Assembly: GCF_964204645.1 (NCBI RefSeq) | Contig: NC_134025.1 | Span: forward strand, 2,480,001-2,544,000 | DNA: 64,000 nucleotides | Origin: Tubulanus polymorphus | Lineage: Eukaryota; Animalia; Nemertea | Direction of reading: 5' to 3' | Shown: one piece after another, positions 26,420-39,299 of the stretch | Layout of the letters: every line of letters begins with the position of its first letter | Numbering within the stretch: the stretch's first letter is position 1 | The notes under the pieces: model-generated | The model's database searches: none | What the model was told of the DNA's origin: nothing | Seen by the model: only the letters and a program-made list of their open reading frames with translations | Made by a program: the position numbers and the translations under genes

Positions 26420-26677
26420 TTACGATGGATTATGAGAAGTAGAACGTCTACGAGGTGATGTAACCGATCGTTTGCGTTGTGAGAGACGTCTGTTGCTGCT
26501 GGTCACTGATTCACGTCCGGCTGACCGGTCACTAGATATTCGTCTGCCATCGTAACGCGATGACGTCGATAGTTTTCTCTCTACAGACCGCGCCGCCGCC
26601 GCCGCCGCCGCCGGTCGTTCCGGTGTGAGCGAGCGTATCCCGCGACTATTTTTACGCAGTGAAGATAGACTCATCAT
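26420..26677 (-). CDS. Small Arg/Ser-rich basic protein (possibly the last exon of a longer gene)
   Basis: 85-aa GC-rich ORF with about 18 Arg, over 20 Ser and an Ala7 run, preceded by a splice acceptor at ~26696. Confidence 0.5.
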   Translation of the reverse strand: MMSLSSLRKNSRGIRSLTPERPAAAAAAARSVERKLSTSSRYDGRRISSDRSAGRESVTSSNRRLSQRKRSVTSPRRRSTSHNPS

Positions 26678-29600
26678 CTTTGGATTCAGATTTGCTGAAA
26701 AATAATTTGAAATTGTAGCAGATTTGCACTCACACTCACACGTGTAGAAAAGGTAATGAGATTAAACCCACTATATATAAACATTTAGAAGATTAAAACG
26801 AAATGTTTTCATCAACTCGAAAATCAAAAGCCACGACGTCATTCCACTTATAAAACCGTGCGTTAAGGTTTATCATTTACAGAAGCGGAGACATATTTTT
26901 GTAAAACTTCAATTACTATTTTATATGAGAAAAATAGTGAACAACCTTGTAACCTTCTTTTACAAATACATATGTCCTCAAAATTTAAACTCAATTTTTT
27001 GGTTTAACGCTATTGGTTACTAAAGGGTATCAATGAGACCGCGACGATTAAAAATTGGAACCATGATGCTTGTGTATAATATTAAAATTGAATCATCTAT
27101 AGCTTACACATGAATTGAGTATCCGTTTCTTTTCCAGCCAATAGTGATATATACGTGGTGCGATTATTTTCATTATCCTCAGCTGAAAATAATAGTTTGT
27201 AGATTTACGAAATTCCTGTTATAAAAACAACGCGAATGATTGCTTACTATCAACTTTAACGAGGACGAGATTTTCCCGGCTTGTGACGTAGTTTGTTCCG
27301 TAATCAAAAGGGTTCGACCGAAGATGTTTTATCACCCCTTTATCATCGCATAACTCAACTATATCTGGAAGTATATATCGTTTATCTGAATATCATTAGA
27401 CATTGAATTCTCAAAGAAACAAAACAAGATTAGAGACATGTACGTAAATAAAAGGTCCGCGAATATATTGATATTGATGGTGTGATTGATGAGATTTGAG
27501 ACGAACAATACCAGCTGAATTCTTCAATTATCAATTCTTCAATTATTAATTTGTCTTAATCCGACAAATATTATCTCTTGTCTTAATTCGAGATTTTGAA
27601 TTCTAAGATTTCCTGATTTCCCGCAAACTGTTAAGTTGTTCCCCTGATTGGAATTGAGATTTGTTGAAAGGGATCAATCAAGCCATCATCCCTTGACCTA
27701 TTAAACGCGTTTGACTAAGACTCACCGTGTATTTGACAGTTACATCTTTTTCTGATGTTCTCTAATAATAAATGATTCTTACAATTCGGATTGAATATTT
27801 CAAACTCGTTATCTATAAAGAACATATGTGTTGTATAATAATAAGATTAACCAATATTTCGGTATATTTCATTCGACTCAGATGTCGACATAAACCTGAC
27901 GACAAAAATTAATGATATATTGTGAATGGTTCCAGATGAGTAAAAAAACTATTAAGAATGCGACATTTCTTGTATTTTAATTTTGATTGATCATGACTTG
28001 ATTTTGTGGCAGGATTAATTCGATTTTAATGACGCTGTCTGTGAACGTACCCCGTTCAGTAGTTTATCGAATATAAAGATATTCCGTAATTTTCCCGTTT
28101 TATAGGGCATTGTGTTATGCGTTGTTAGGCCAATGTGTCTATGAGTTATCTATCGATTCCCACTGTGACACAAAAACCCAACTAATGAATATATTCATAC
28201 CGGGTCGTTTCTTTCAATCAACAAAGAGCGCACTTAAAAAACATACCATTCATTTTTGTTTGGGACGATATTATCGGATATTTCCCATGTTGTTGTTTTT
28301 TTTTCGGCATCGAAATATAAGATTCACTAGTTTTAAAAGGAGAGGCAACATTTCACCAGGAATAGTAGAAAATCGCCTTAGGAGATATCATTGACGACTG
28401 TTTTTAAGAATGAAAAACCAAATAGCCCTAAATACGCAATAAACAAGCTCGAAGTACTTCAAGATACGACGAAATTCCCAGAATAAAAGAGAAATAACGA
28501 GTCTAAAATGTTTCCTCGAGCTGGTGTTTATTTCGAAGGTTCGACTTTATCCTAATAGTCCGAAATATACTCTAATAAACTCTCTAATAAAAACTCATAA
28601 ACTACTCGCTTTAGAAACATTTTGGACTTTTTTCTTTTATATCGTGGGATTTTATCGTATATTATCGTTAGCTAGATAAATATTACTTTTTCTTACCTCC
28701 GTAATTAACGGTAATAAACATTCTGTAATCACTGTTTCTTCTCGGAAGCTTATTTCATGATATCGCATTAATTCACCGTTAGTAGTTTACTTCAATTACA
28801 TATATAACGTACTTCAACAATTGTGCGTGCATGCAGAAACAAGTGTATTCTCTATCCACGTGTTTTTATCTTGAAGTGTTCTCGTAAATATTTGCATTGG
28901 CTTTAAATTGTCACTATGATAAAATTCTCAACAGGTCAATTCGTATGATTTCACCAGCCCTCGGCATTTCAAAGAATATTCGTATGATATGATTGTACAA
29001 ACGACGAATGACAGGCCCGGTAATTCTATAAAGAACGCGAGTCTCACGAAAACCCTTGACACATGCTGTTTGGGAAATATGATATTCTGAAAAGAATCGT
29101 ATGCGAGTTACAAAGAAGTTCTTGAGTAATAGCGAAAGATTATTTCTTGAAAATGCAATAACTTGATGTAATGAAGACTTCAAAATAATTCGAAGGACAA
29201 TTTCGGAAGGGTTGATACGAGTTGTAAGAGTCAGAGCCTAGACTGAGTGACATTTTCAACGACACTGAAGTAAACTTCATAGAAATAACACAAGTATCTG
29301 TTGGACATGAAAAACGGAACACGAGTCTGTGCGGTTCTCTAATTGAACAAACACGCGACTTTCTCGGCTACAACCTGAAAAAAACTCTCCCCTAACTGGT
29401 ACAATATATCATTTTCTATATTTTCCATTTCTCGGTAAAGAACAGAGTGAGTAAATATGTTTCATTTGAAACCTCACTCTTTATAATTGCATTACATATT
29501 GTATTTCAGTCATAATTGAATATTCACTCGCCACAAAACACTCGAGAAATTTTCAATCAAACATCACATACTAATATGTACAAATGATTAATGATTTATA

Positions 29601-29924
29601 AACGATGAAAAAATTCAACTGAATCGAAATTCAGCATTGTACATTTCAACCTCTCAAACTAACGATTAAAATTAACCTAATTTCCGTGCAGAAAACTATG
29701 AAAGGTTTTTGACGTGGTTGCATCACTTAAAAGCGATATAACTTGCATCCAGTCTCCGTCATCGAAAAACCTCATCCGTCACTTCACCAACTTACCGGGG
29801 CTGTTTTAGAATCGAAAATCGATGCTGGAACTGGCGTTTTTCAGACGGACGAATCCATTTAATAACTGTGGCTCACCAGACCTGATACAACATTAGTTGT
29901 TTTGATATCAACGAGAGTGTAACA

Positions 29925-31775
29925 ATGAATTCTGGAATTTATTTACTGCTTATTCTGGTGGGACATCCTCCAGCGAGTCCACGTGAGTGTTGAAAAATTC
30001 ATTTAATTGTCAATTTCTATTTTGACAGATTTCATGACTAAACAAAATGAAAAATCTACAAAATTTCTTCTTTTTCGGATAATTTCGAGTTTGGTATGAA
30101 TTGAAATGCTTCGGCCAGAATAGAATTTGATATAAGTTTATACATGCGAGGAATCCAAAAATTCTTGCGCCCTAAATAAACTTATCCTGTTTTCTTTTCT
30201 AATCTTCAATATTTAAAGAAATAATGCACATCATTTTGTTTAAAACGGCAATTCAGAACTTATAGTTATCGTTCCAAATGAAGACGAAGGCCACAAATTT
30301 CGAGCCACTTGTATGTAAACTATTTCAGTAACTTTCTATAAAGTTGTTTTTTTTAATGAAATATATTCCTCTTTAGGTTTGTATTATATTTGCCGTGATA
30401 ATGGAAAGTATTATTCCCCCTAGAATTTTGCATATTTGTTTTTGCAGCCTATAAGCATTAGACTAGCAGGTATTAAATTTGACACTGTTAATGTGATGGC
30501 TAATCGATTATTCACCATTAAAGGCGTGTTTTAGGGAATACTAGAACTTTAAAAAAAAGATCTGAAATAGAATTTTTTTGAAACTCAAATACATTATGGT
30601 TCGTATATCACAAACGATTGATATGAAAAACATGTAAAAACATAAATAGCAAAGAAATCCTTAATACAAGAGGCATATTAATGGCTTTATGGGATATCGT
30701 CCAAGCATCCACTGACTATCGAACTAAGGGGTCATATACACACGGGAATCTATCAATTGCATTTGACGTCAGATAAAGTATCATCACGTGACAAGAGCGT
30801 GAGGTTGCAAGAGCCGTTTGATAAGTGACAACACCAAATATTCGTTAAAACGTGCGCCCATCGCCTATTAAAGGTGCTGATAGTCAACCATATGATGAAG
30901 AGTACTCACGACATTCATTCAATTATCGTGTATTCGTTTCCCTATCTGTGCACTATAAATTATTCAAATACACCTTTTTAGAGCAGACTGACAAATTGTA
31001 TATCAATACAACCATTACAGAAAAATCTCTAATTTATTCTATTTTCTGCAAAATGTATAAATTTGAGTGTTAAGTTCTAATTTATCGCAACTCAGAATCT
31101 TTGTACTGTACTGTGTATATCATTTTCAGTGCCTTGCAATCACTGGAGTCTGACTACATACGAAAATATGAAAAATATTACATCATCACAATTTCCACCT
31201 ATAGCCGCATACAATACGTCTGAATGTAGTCAACTGTGTGAAACTGAATCTCGGTTCGAGTGTCTTACTTTTATTTTCTGTGAGCGTAAATGTTTTCTAC
31301 ACCATTTGTACAAAACATACTACAACTCCAAAACATCACAGTCTTCGTCGTGTACAATAGGCTGGAGACATTGTCAAGAAAGACCAGGTTAGTAGCGAAA
31401 TGTTTGTTTTGGATGCTAGAATTTGCGAGATCAGTAGATTTACCGATTCTCATCTCAATATATTGCTTTTTTATTTTCAATACCCAGTATGTCCCCAGAC
31501 AGACCGAAAATTCAATCAGGAAGACAAAAAGGCGATGGTAGAGTCACATTATCACAAAATCATACCCCCCTACACGAATCCCGGGTACAGCTATGAAGAC
31601 TGCAAAACTGGATGCGTGAACTACGCGGAATTTTCTTGTCGAGCTTTCGTCTATCAGAGCGAAGGCGGTGCCTGTTATATGTCAGCTGATAGTACGAAAA
31701 CATTTTTTGGTAAATCTGGGAACATTTTAGAATCGTCGGGTATATCCTTATACACAGAGTTCCATTGTGATATCC
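29925..31775 (+). CDS. Secreted protein with two PAN/Apple domains (3' end unresolved)
   Basis: Signal exon MNSGIYLLLILVG (29925-29982). Two phase-1 exons each have C-x3-C...C-x2-F-x-(F/Y)...C spacing: ECSQLCETESRFECLTFIF...CFLH and DCKTGCVNYAEFSCRAFVY...CYMS. Confidence 0.8.
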
Positions 31776-32461
31776 GTAAGTACCAACTAACAAGAAAACT
31801 TCGTTATAGGCCTACATCAAATTATGGAATGATAAGTTCAAATACGAGTATAATAAAGTAAAGCTTTCAGCGCGTATTTTCTACAATTATTTGTACATAT
31901 TGTACATACACTCTGACGGGACCGTTTACTTTAGAAGAAATGTAAGTATATTATTCAAAGAATGGTAAGGGTAACACAGATACTCGTCATAACGGTAAGT
32001 TTCGATACAGTAAACATTATCATTGGAGACTCGACCACTGAACTGCAACTATGCAACTTGTTTCTTTCGATATGAGGTATTTTTGGGCAGAACCATAATG
32101 CATATACCGTGATATCCCGTTATTTAATGTTTCTTTAAAATTGACATGTTTTCACATCATTTCCGTCATCGTTAAGTTTTGCAGTATTGAATATATATTC
32201 TTTATGATGGGAAACATGCAGCAATCCCGCTGAAGGGAGTGACGAGCACCCAACTCCTCAGTCTGAAAAATAAGTTAATCGATCAACTGTGAATTAAATG
32301 TTTTGGTGCGCGATTACATACATTATCACAGAACCCGCTAAATATACATTGAATTCATTCTTCTACTCGCTGATTCGTACACAGGGAGCATTAACATGAT
32401 TATTGATTTATCTGAGAAAAGTTAATTCGTTTTAAACTGAAACGTAGCAGAACGGGAACGC

Positions 32462-32545
32462 TAAGTTACTACTAACGACGCCTGGTGGATCCTCACTTGC
32501 CGCAAGTGAATCCTCGATTACCACAGTAGCGTCGCGGTTTCCTTA
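32462..32545 (-). repeat. Dispersed ~85-bp element, copy B (3' UTR of the mucin-like gene)
   Basis: Reverse complement aligns with 17068-17151 and contains the internal hairpin TCACTTGC-G-GCAAGTGA. Confidence 0.85.
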
Positions 32546-32584
32546 TAAACTGTTGCATTAACTTTTTTTGTATAAACGACTCTG

Positions 32585-33843
32585 TTAAAATGCACTAGGA
32601 GAGTCGTAGATATGGGAATCCCGCGTGAAGGAAGTATTTTCCACACCTTCGTTTATAGGATCCTGATCGTAAGGGTTTCTACGTACTATCACCGTTCTGT
32701 CATCGTCCTTCCTTTTAATGCTCTCGCGCGGTTTCGGTACGGGACTCTTCCTCGGACGAGGTGAATCGGAAACGACCTGTATATTGCGATTACCAGTTCC
32801 GAGATTTGGCGCGTTATTATCCTCCCCGGCGCTTACGTCGTACGCGTCGTTACTTTGATCCATGTAATGAGTTTGAGGTCGCGGAATTTTCGTCAGACTG
32901 TATTCATCTAAACCGATGTGGAAATAAGACGGCATCAGTTCCGGGTTTATACCCGTCATACTGAACGAATCTCTACGACGTTGCCTGGCGCATTCTTTAC
33001 CGCTTAGAACAATGCACACGATAAGAAGAATCGCGCAAACGCTCGATGAAATACCTATGGCTATATAATCCTCAGTTTTCAGGGTTACTTTTGTGATTCT
33101 ACGTTGAAATTGTTTTCCGAATCCCGGTGCAATAGCGCCACCCGGTGTCGGCCCTGTGAAATAGAAATGCAAACACATCATGAATTGATGCATAAACTCG
33201 AATCATTCCATAGAAAATATATAGTGGTTGTGTCGGTAACCATTAGCGACGTACCTTCAGCCTGCGTCGACGTCACTTCCGTCGTTCCTGTTGAACTTAC
33301 TGAATCGTTCGATCCTGTAGTAGCAGTCGGGGTCGATGAATAATTGGAGGATGTCGATACCATGGAAGTAGTCGCATTCGACGTAGAATTTGAGGATGCC
33401 GATTCCGTAGAAGCAGTAGGGGTCAACGTATAATTGGTTGGTCCCGTAGTTGTAGCCGTATTCGACGTAGAATTTGATGATGTCGATCCGGTAGTTGTAG
33501 TCGCATTCGACGTAGAATTGGATGATGTCGATCCGGTAGTTGTAGTCGCATTCGACGTAGAATTGGATGATGTCGATCCGGTAGTTGTAGTCGCATTCGA
33601 CGTAGAATTGGATGATGTCGATCCCGTAGTTGTAGTCGCATTCGACGTAGAATTTGATGATGCCGATAGGCCTACTGGTGTTGAAGTTGTCTGTCCACAC
33701 ACATTCCACATTTGTGTCAATGCTGCATAATCAAATATTCATGAATTAAATCTTTGGGAATAAATTCCTACAAAAATATTTGTTAGTTTGTAGAACTGAA
33801 AACACTTACCAAGTCCCAGTACGAGCAACTGAAGTTTACCCAT
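32585..33843 (-). CDS. Mucin-like type I transmembrane protein, 3 exons
   Basis: Exons 33843-33810, 33722-33255 and 33153-32585 join in phase. They give signal MGKLQLLVLGLALTQMWNVCG, an S/T/N repeat ectodomain, TM YIAIGISSSVCAILLIVCIVL, a basic stop-transfer segment and a Tyr-containing tail ending DSPSAF. Confidence 0.88.
33444..33662. repeat. Coding 45-bp tandem repeat, ~5 copies plus one degenerate copy
   Basis: The unit encodes SNSTSNATTTTGSTS on the minus strand. Confidence 0.95.
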
Positions 33844-36800
33844 CTTAAGAAACACACCTTGTTCTGCGAATGAGCATGGACAATTACAAGAGCTACCTCA
33901 CCATAGTCAACATTATGTATATTACTATAGGCCTTCTTGACTCGAAGAGATTCGAAAGCATCTTAAAACGGTTTGATATACGTGTTGCATCTCTGACTTA
34001 TGAAGCAAACATTTAAAATTCTAATCATCAAATATGGAAATAACGGAGATATACATACTCAGTAGAACTTCTTTTAACGAAGACTTCATACCTTCATATA
34101 CAATACAAAACACCCACACATGTATATATAACTCTTATCAGTTTGAAACTAGTTATTTGACCAGGATAATTCTTATCGACAGTTCAATTATATTCATAAC
34201 GACGCCCTGATCGATCAAAACAAAGTACAGTACAAAAATACGTTTCGGGTAGAATGCTTCAATCCATCATTATTATTGTTATGAGATTTATTTGAAATGG
34301 ACAGTTAGTAACAAAAATACAGATACGTTAGTGAAACTGTTTTTCAATATTATTTAATATTCAATATTGTGGGTCAGTAAAAATTGAAAAAAAATTTTTT
34401 TAAAGTTTTTAACTTGTGTTCTTAGATTCAGAATAAGTTCTAAGATGCAGATGTCACTATATGTAAATTCTAATGATTCAACTGATTCTTTTGCTCATGA
34501 AAAGAATTCAAGTGAAATCTTATATCTAACTAATCATTATCCATTACATAACCCTTCTGAAATTCAAAATGATTTATATGTTTACGACACGTTCTACAGA
34601 TTACGTAAACAATAATTCAGACACATAAATCGATCGGTTAAATAATTTTTGAAAAGATTCAATGGTTAAGTTCAAGTTCGAAAAGCAAAAATATATATTT
34701 ATGTACAAAAATATAAAGACTTCGACTAATGTATGATTTGCTAAATAACAAACTAATCAGGAAAACGATGCTATTTAAACAAGTCCGCGCGTATAATAAT
34801 CATTGAATATTTGCGGAGATTGTGGATTTTCAGTCGCTGTTTGTACACGCATCATCATTTGCGTACGTGACTAAAAAATTGTTGGACATCGGACCGTTCC
34901 CACAACAACTCAAGATTGATTGGATGGATGGAAATTTCATACAACGTATTGCAGACGGCGCAATTCCTAGTTGTTCATCCTGGCCCAAACATAGAAGAGC
35001 TTGGAGTAAGTATTGTTTAAAGGGGAGAAAGGAACACATCATGAATCTCTAGGGGCGAGATGACTGTTTGCGGTTCCAGCAAAATCGGGAAGTTTTGCCC
35101 AGGATGTTAACCGGATATTAATCACTTTGCGGCAACAAAATATAAATTAACTGGCTATTGACAATTGTCTGGCCATCTGCGGTTTTGAAAGTCGTAATTT
35201 TAAAGCGTATAAGATAGTAGGCGGTTAGTTTGAGGAATAGTCAGTGGAGTCAAAATAGATGTCTGAAGTTTGTACTGCATTTGAATAGATGTTTGAAGAG
35301 ATCGCTTTCAAGCAGCATCACATCGGAAAACTACTCGGAACTCGCCGGTAACTGAGGTAAGATTTAGTTGTTTGCTTTCAAAAATCAAGCACATTCCTTA
35401 ATCAAATATTTGGGAGATTTTCTTGGAAAGTCGTATCTCTAGCCAGCCAGTTTTCCCGCACTATCTTCCTGGTCATAGACTTTTATCTATTAGTATTCAT
35501 ACGAGAACAATGAAAGTTTCAGTCAGTCCCAAGCTTCCGCGTGTTATGATACGGCCGTACACAGATAACAACTATGGAATCTATCAACTTTATTCTATAT
35601 ATTCAAAATGCCTCATCTCCGTAGGCTTGTTAGAATAGAAGCGACACTGAGTAAACAAAATGTCTAATACGCAGTACAGTAACGACCTAATAAGTACGGT
35701 ATAAATATTTAATCAGTTCTATTCGGTCACGTATTTTTATATATACTCTTGCCAACTCTTCTCTTAAAAGCAAATATATTCTTAATATCACTCAAATATC
35801 CAGGCACGCAGTACGTGGAGGGATAGGGTGTTCGAACAACCAACCTCCCACGCCCTAGCAACAAAATTAGTACCGCTCATTTTCAATCAAAAAGAATAAC
35901 ACTAACAGCTATTACAACATAATGCATGTATATTCGATTTGTTCATTTATTTAGGACCTCCATTATTAATGGAAATCAATCAAAAAGTTTCTCTGGGTTG
36001 GGCCCTAAAGCCCCTACACTTCCATCCTCATATGTTTAACGCTCGGGCCCGAGATTTGTTTTTCGTAATAATCAGAGAACATATAACTACAGAAGTTATC
36101 TATGAAGAAAATGTTTTGATAATAACTGTACTTTCATCCATTATAACACTACAGAATTTAGCGTTAACTAGACCCTTCAACGCGTAGAAACGAGTGAAGA
36201 GTAAACATCGTGTTCCGCAGTTTGCAATGCTGTGTTTGCGATATTCTAAAGAAACGCAATCAATCAGAAATCGCCTACGATGAAAATCTGCTTAACGAAA
36301 CTAGTTTTAACGAAAGCTATTAGAAACTATATAACGCAATCACAGGAGACGGTCATAGCCAAATGAGAAAGTTCTGTAAAAGAAATAAAGAAGATGAAGC
36401 GTATGCGAAAAATGTTGATATGCTTAAACCGGTTAGAACCTGTTTATAGCGAACGTTATTTCCGTTACTGATAACTCTTTTTTTTAAATTATTTCATTTT
36501 CATTTTAAATGTGTACAAAGTACAGACTACAAATATATCATACATGTAATAATACAAGTCTGACCTTATGGTAATACATGATAATAATTCATTTAGTAAT
36601 TTAGGGGGAAAGGTTGCAGAGTTTCAAAAGCTGCTGCCAAGAGATCACTTCGAGTACTTTTTTGAAGAATTGAATAAGGTATGTAGGTATTATAGTGATT
36701 GTTATAGTTAAACAGTAGAATCGTAGTAATCACTGTGGTCTTAAATTTGTATCCTGGACATTCGACTATGAAGTGACAATCATTTCCGATTGAAAACCAC

Positions 36801-36864
36801 ATCTCAGGTTTCGTTTTTGAGCTTCGGTTAATTTTCGAGTCCAATCTCTGACAGGTCATTCCTC

Positions 36865-36900
36865 CTGATGATGGCTCCAACAGTCAACAGCCGAAACGTT
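36865..36900 (+). ncRNA. Minimal hammerhead ribozyme-like core (Penelope-like element remnant), stem I incomplete
   Basis: CTGATGA-T-GGCT-(12 nt)-AGCC-GAAA-CGTT. Confidence 0.45.
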
Positions 36901-37504
36901 GTTGTTTATTTCCACATATTCAATGTATTATTTGTATTTGAATTCATTCGATAGAATTCTACTCGCATTTTTGCCGTATGATTAATGAGTTTGCCATAGA
37001 TTCACATCCCGTAAATGTGCTATTAAAACTCTAGTTTCGATGTCACTTGGTGAACAATGACACATCTCACGGGAAACCATCAATTTGCCAAAAATCCCCG
37101 AGACAAATTTCCATTTCACAATTTAAGAGTTTATTTCCGTCCATATTTTGTGGTGAATCGAAATGTTTTTCTTTGTGAATTTTGACATTTCATTCGATTG
37201 GCGATTGGACCTGTAGCACTTCGATATACGTCGCCATGTCACCATCGTGTGATCTCCCAATAGTTTAGACCATCTATCGAGCCTAATAAATATTAATGAA
37301 AAATTGGTGAGTGAAAAACGACACAACGTTAGATGTCCGTTAGTTTTCGAATATAAATAACAGTTAATTTCAAAAGTCAATATATCTTTTTCAATTTCCA
37401 CATTAACCCCCGCCTATTGAAAATCACATTTCTGAATTTTAGATCAAATATATTTTCATATTTTCTATTTCATAGATCAGTTCGAGTCGGAATTCATCAT
37501 CACA

Positions 37505-38569
37505 ATGGGTAACTGTAAAAGCGATATTAATACGACATGTATATATCCTACTACAAACTATACAGCATGTCCACATGATATGTTTAATTTCATTATATTA
37601 GTACCGATAATGATGACAATTATCGTATTGGGATGCGCTGGAAACACCCTCGCTATTATAGTTTTGAATCGCGAACGGAAAACCACTTCAATCTATCTGC
37701 TACAATTTCTTGCGGTAATGGATATCTGTTTTCTGATTTCCCAATTATTCTATTACTTTTTTCCGAATCTGTACAAATACACCGGAACTTTCTATAATTA
37801 CAACATATTTTTCCATCCATCGAAAAGATTCATAGGTTATTTCATGTGGATTTTCAAATACGCGTCATCTTATATCGTATTACTAATGACCGTCGAACGT
37901 TATATAGCCGTTTGTCATCCGATGAAAGCCGCTGAACTTTGTACGATGAAACGGGTGAGAATATGCTCCGCAATTGTCATGGTTGCGAGTATTATATACA
38001 ACATGCCGAAGATATGGTATTGGAAAACTGAGAGTGTTTTCGATAATTGTAAAAATGAAAGTCTAACTTTTTCTAATGAGACTGATTTATACGCGGACGA
38101 CCAAAATTTCCGAAGATTTTACGTGGTCGGTTCATACATCTTGTTGCTATACGCCATTCCACTGATAGTTTTGCTGGTTTTGAACGCGCTTTTAATCAAA
38201 TCAATTATCAAAGCAAATCGTCGTCGAGCCGCTTTCAGACACAGCGAGGTTTCTGACAATGTTACATATAAAATAGTTGGTGTCGTAACGGCGTTTATAA
38301 TTTTGGAATCACCGGCAATGATCCCGAACGCGCTCAAAGTATACATTTGGAAGAATGAAGACCAACGGGTGATTGACAAAGAAGTCTTGGAATCACTTTT
38401 ATACGCGAGCTATACTCTATTTACGATTAACAGTTTTATCAACTTCTTTCTGTATTGTTTGGTAGCGAAACGGTTTCGTCAGAACTTGTGGTCTGTGCTC
38501 ACGTGTAAGAAAGCAGTCGGCAAGAATATGAGCGTTTATGCCACAACCAGTTCTATATTCCGCGGCTAG
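37505..38569 (+). CDS. Rhodopsin-class peptide GPCR, FMRFamide/sex-peptide-receptor-like, single coding exon
   Basis: Seven TM segments with GN in TM1, LAVMD in TM2, ERYIAVCHP, YNMP in TM4 and NSFINFFLYC in TM7, plus N-terminal sequons. An acceptor at ~37474 implies a 5' UTR intron. Confidence 0.93.
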   Translation: MGNCKSDINTTCIYPTTNYTACPHDMFNFIILVPIMMTIIVLGCAGNTLAIIVLNRERKTTSIYLLQFLAVMDICFLISQLFYYFFPNLYKYTGTFYNYNIFFHPSKRFIGYFMWIFKYASSYIVLLMTVERYIAVCHPMKAAELCTMKRVRICSAIVMVASIIYNMPKIWYWKTESVFDNCKNESLTFSNETDLYADDQNFRRFYVVGSYILLLYAIPLIVLLVLNALLIKSIIKANRRRAAFRHSEVSDNVTYKIVGVVTAFIILESPAMIPNALKVYIWKNEDQRVIDKEVLESLLYASYTLFTINSFINFFLYCLVAKRFRQNLWSVLTCKKAVGKNMSVYATTSSIFRG

Positions 38570-39299
38570 TAAATAAAACGAACTGAAACTAATGATGTGT
38601 CAAATATAGATTTTGATTGATACATGAAATTTATTTCATTGCATTATTAAAACATGACATTGCGCATAATTACTTACATCAGTTTAAGATGTATCAGGTA
38701 CTTAGCAGTAGGACAAACAGTATAAGAGATTTTGTGAATTTATACATAGGCTAGTAATAATTAGTTGATTTGAATAAAAGCAGAGAAAAAAGTATGATAT
38801 TCTAGTTATAAATTCAATTTTGAAATGATATTGTTTAATCTACGTTTTGGATCGTGACTGCATCTCGGTCCTGGTTCATCGATAATCCATTTTTGTTTAA
38901 TCAGATTTTGTTGTGTGATAATCTATTTAGATTTACACTTGTAAAATAGACAATAAACTAATTTCATTTCTGTGTAATCTTCAATGTGACGATTAAATAA
39001 TTCAAGAGGGTTTGTGCCATTATTTGGGTAGTATTAGTAGAGGCCACCGGGCCACGTGCCCGAGTAAAACCCGAAGAACATAATCCTTAGACCAACGGAT
39101 TGTAATAATTACTGCAGTATGATACTATAGGATATAAAATAACCGTGACCAGTGCAGGCCGAATATGAGACATAAGTCAGTTAATGTGTTGACGCCACAT
39201 TGAAAAGATCTGTAATGAAATAGTAAGATATGTACCAGAGACTGAAGATACAGGAGTTTATGGGAATCTGTACATTACACGTAATCACAATATAGCAAA

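Noticed and set aside
26800-29900. Scattered short ORFs in AT-rich intergenic DNA
   Set aside because: No motifs or consistent exon chain; lengths are compatible with chance.
33257-33730. Alternative-frame repeat ORFs and a CRISPR-like look of the 45-bp array
   Set aside because: The units are contiguous with no unique spacers, and only the Ser/Thr frame splices into a coherent gene.
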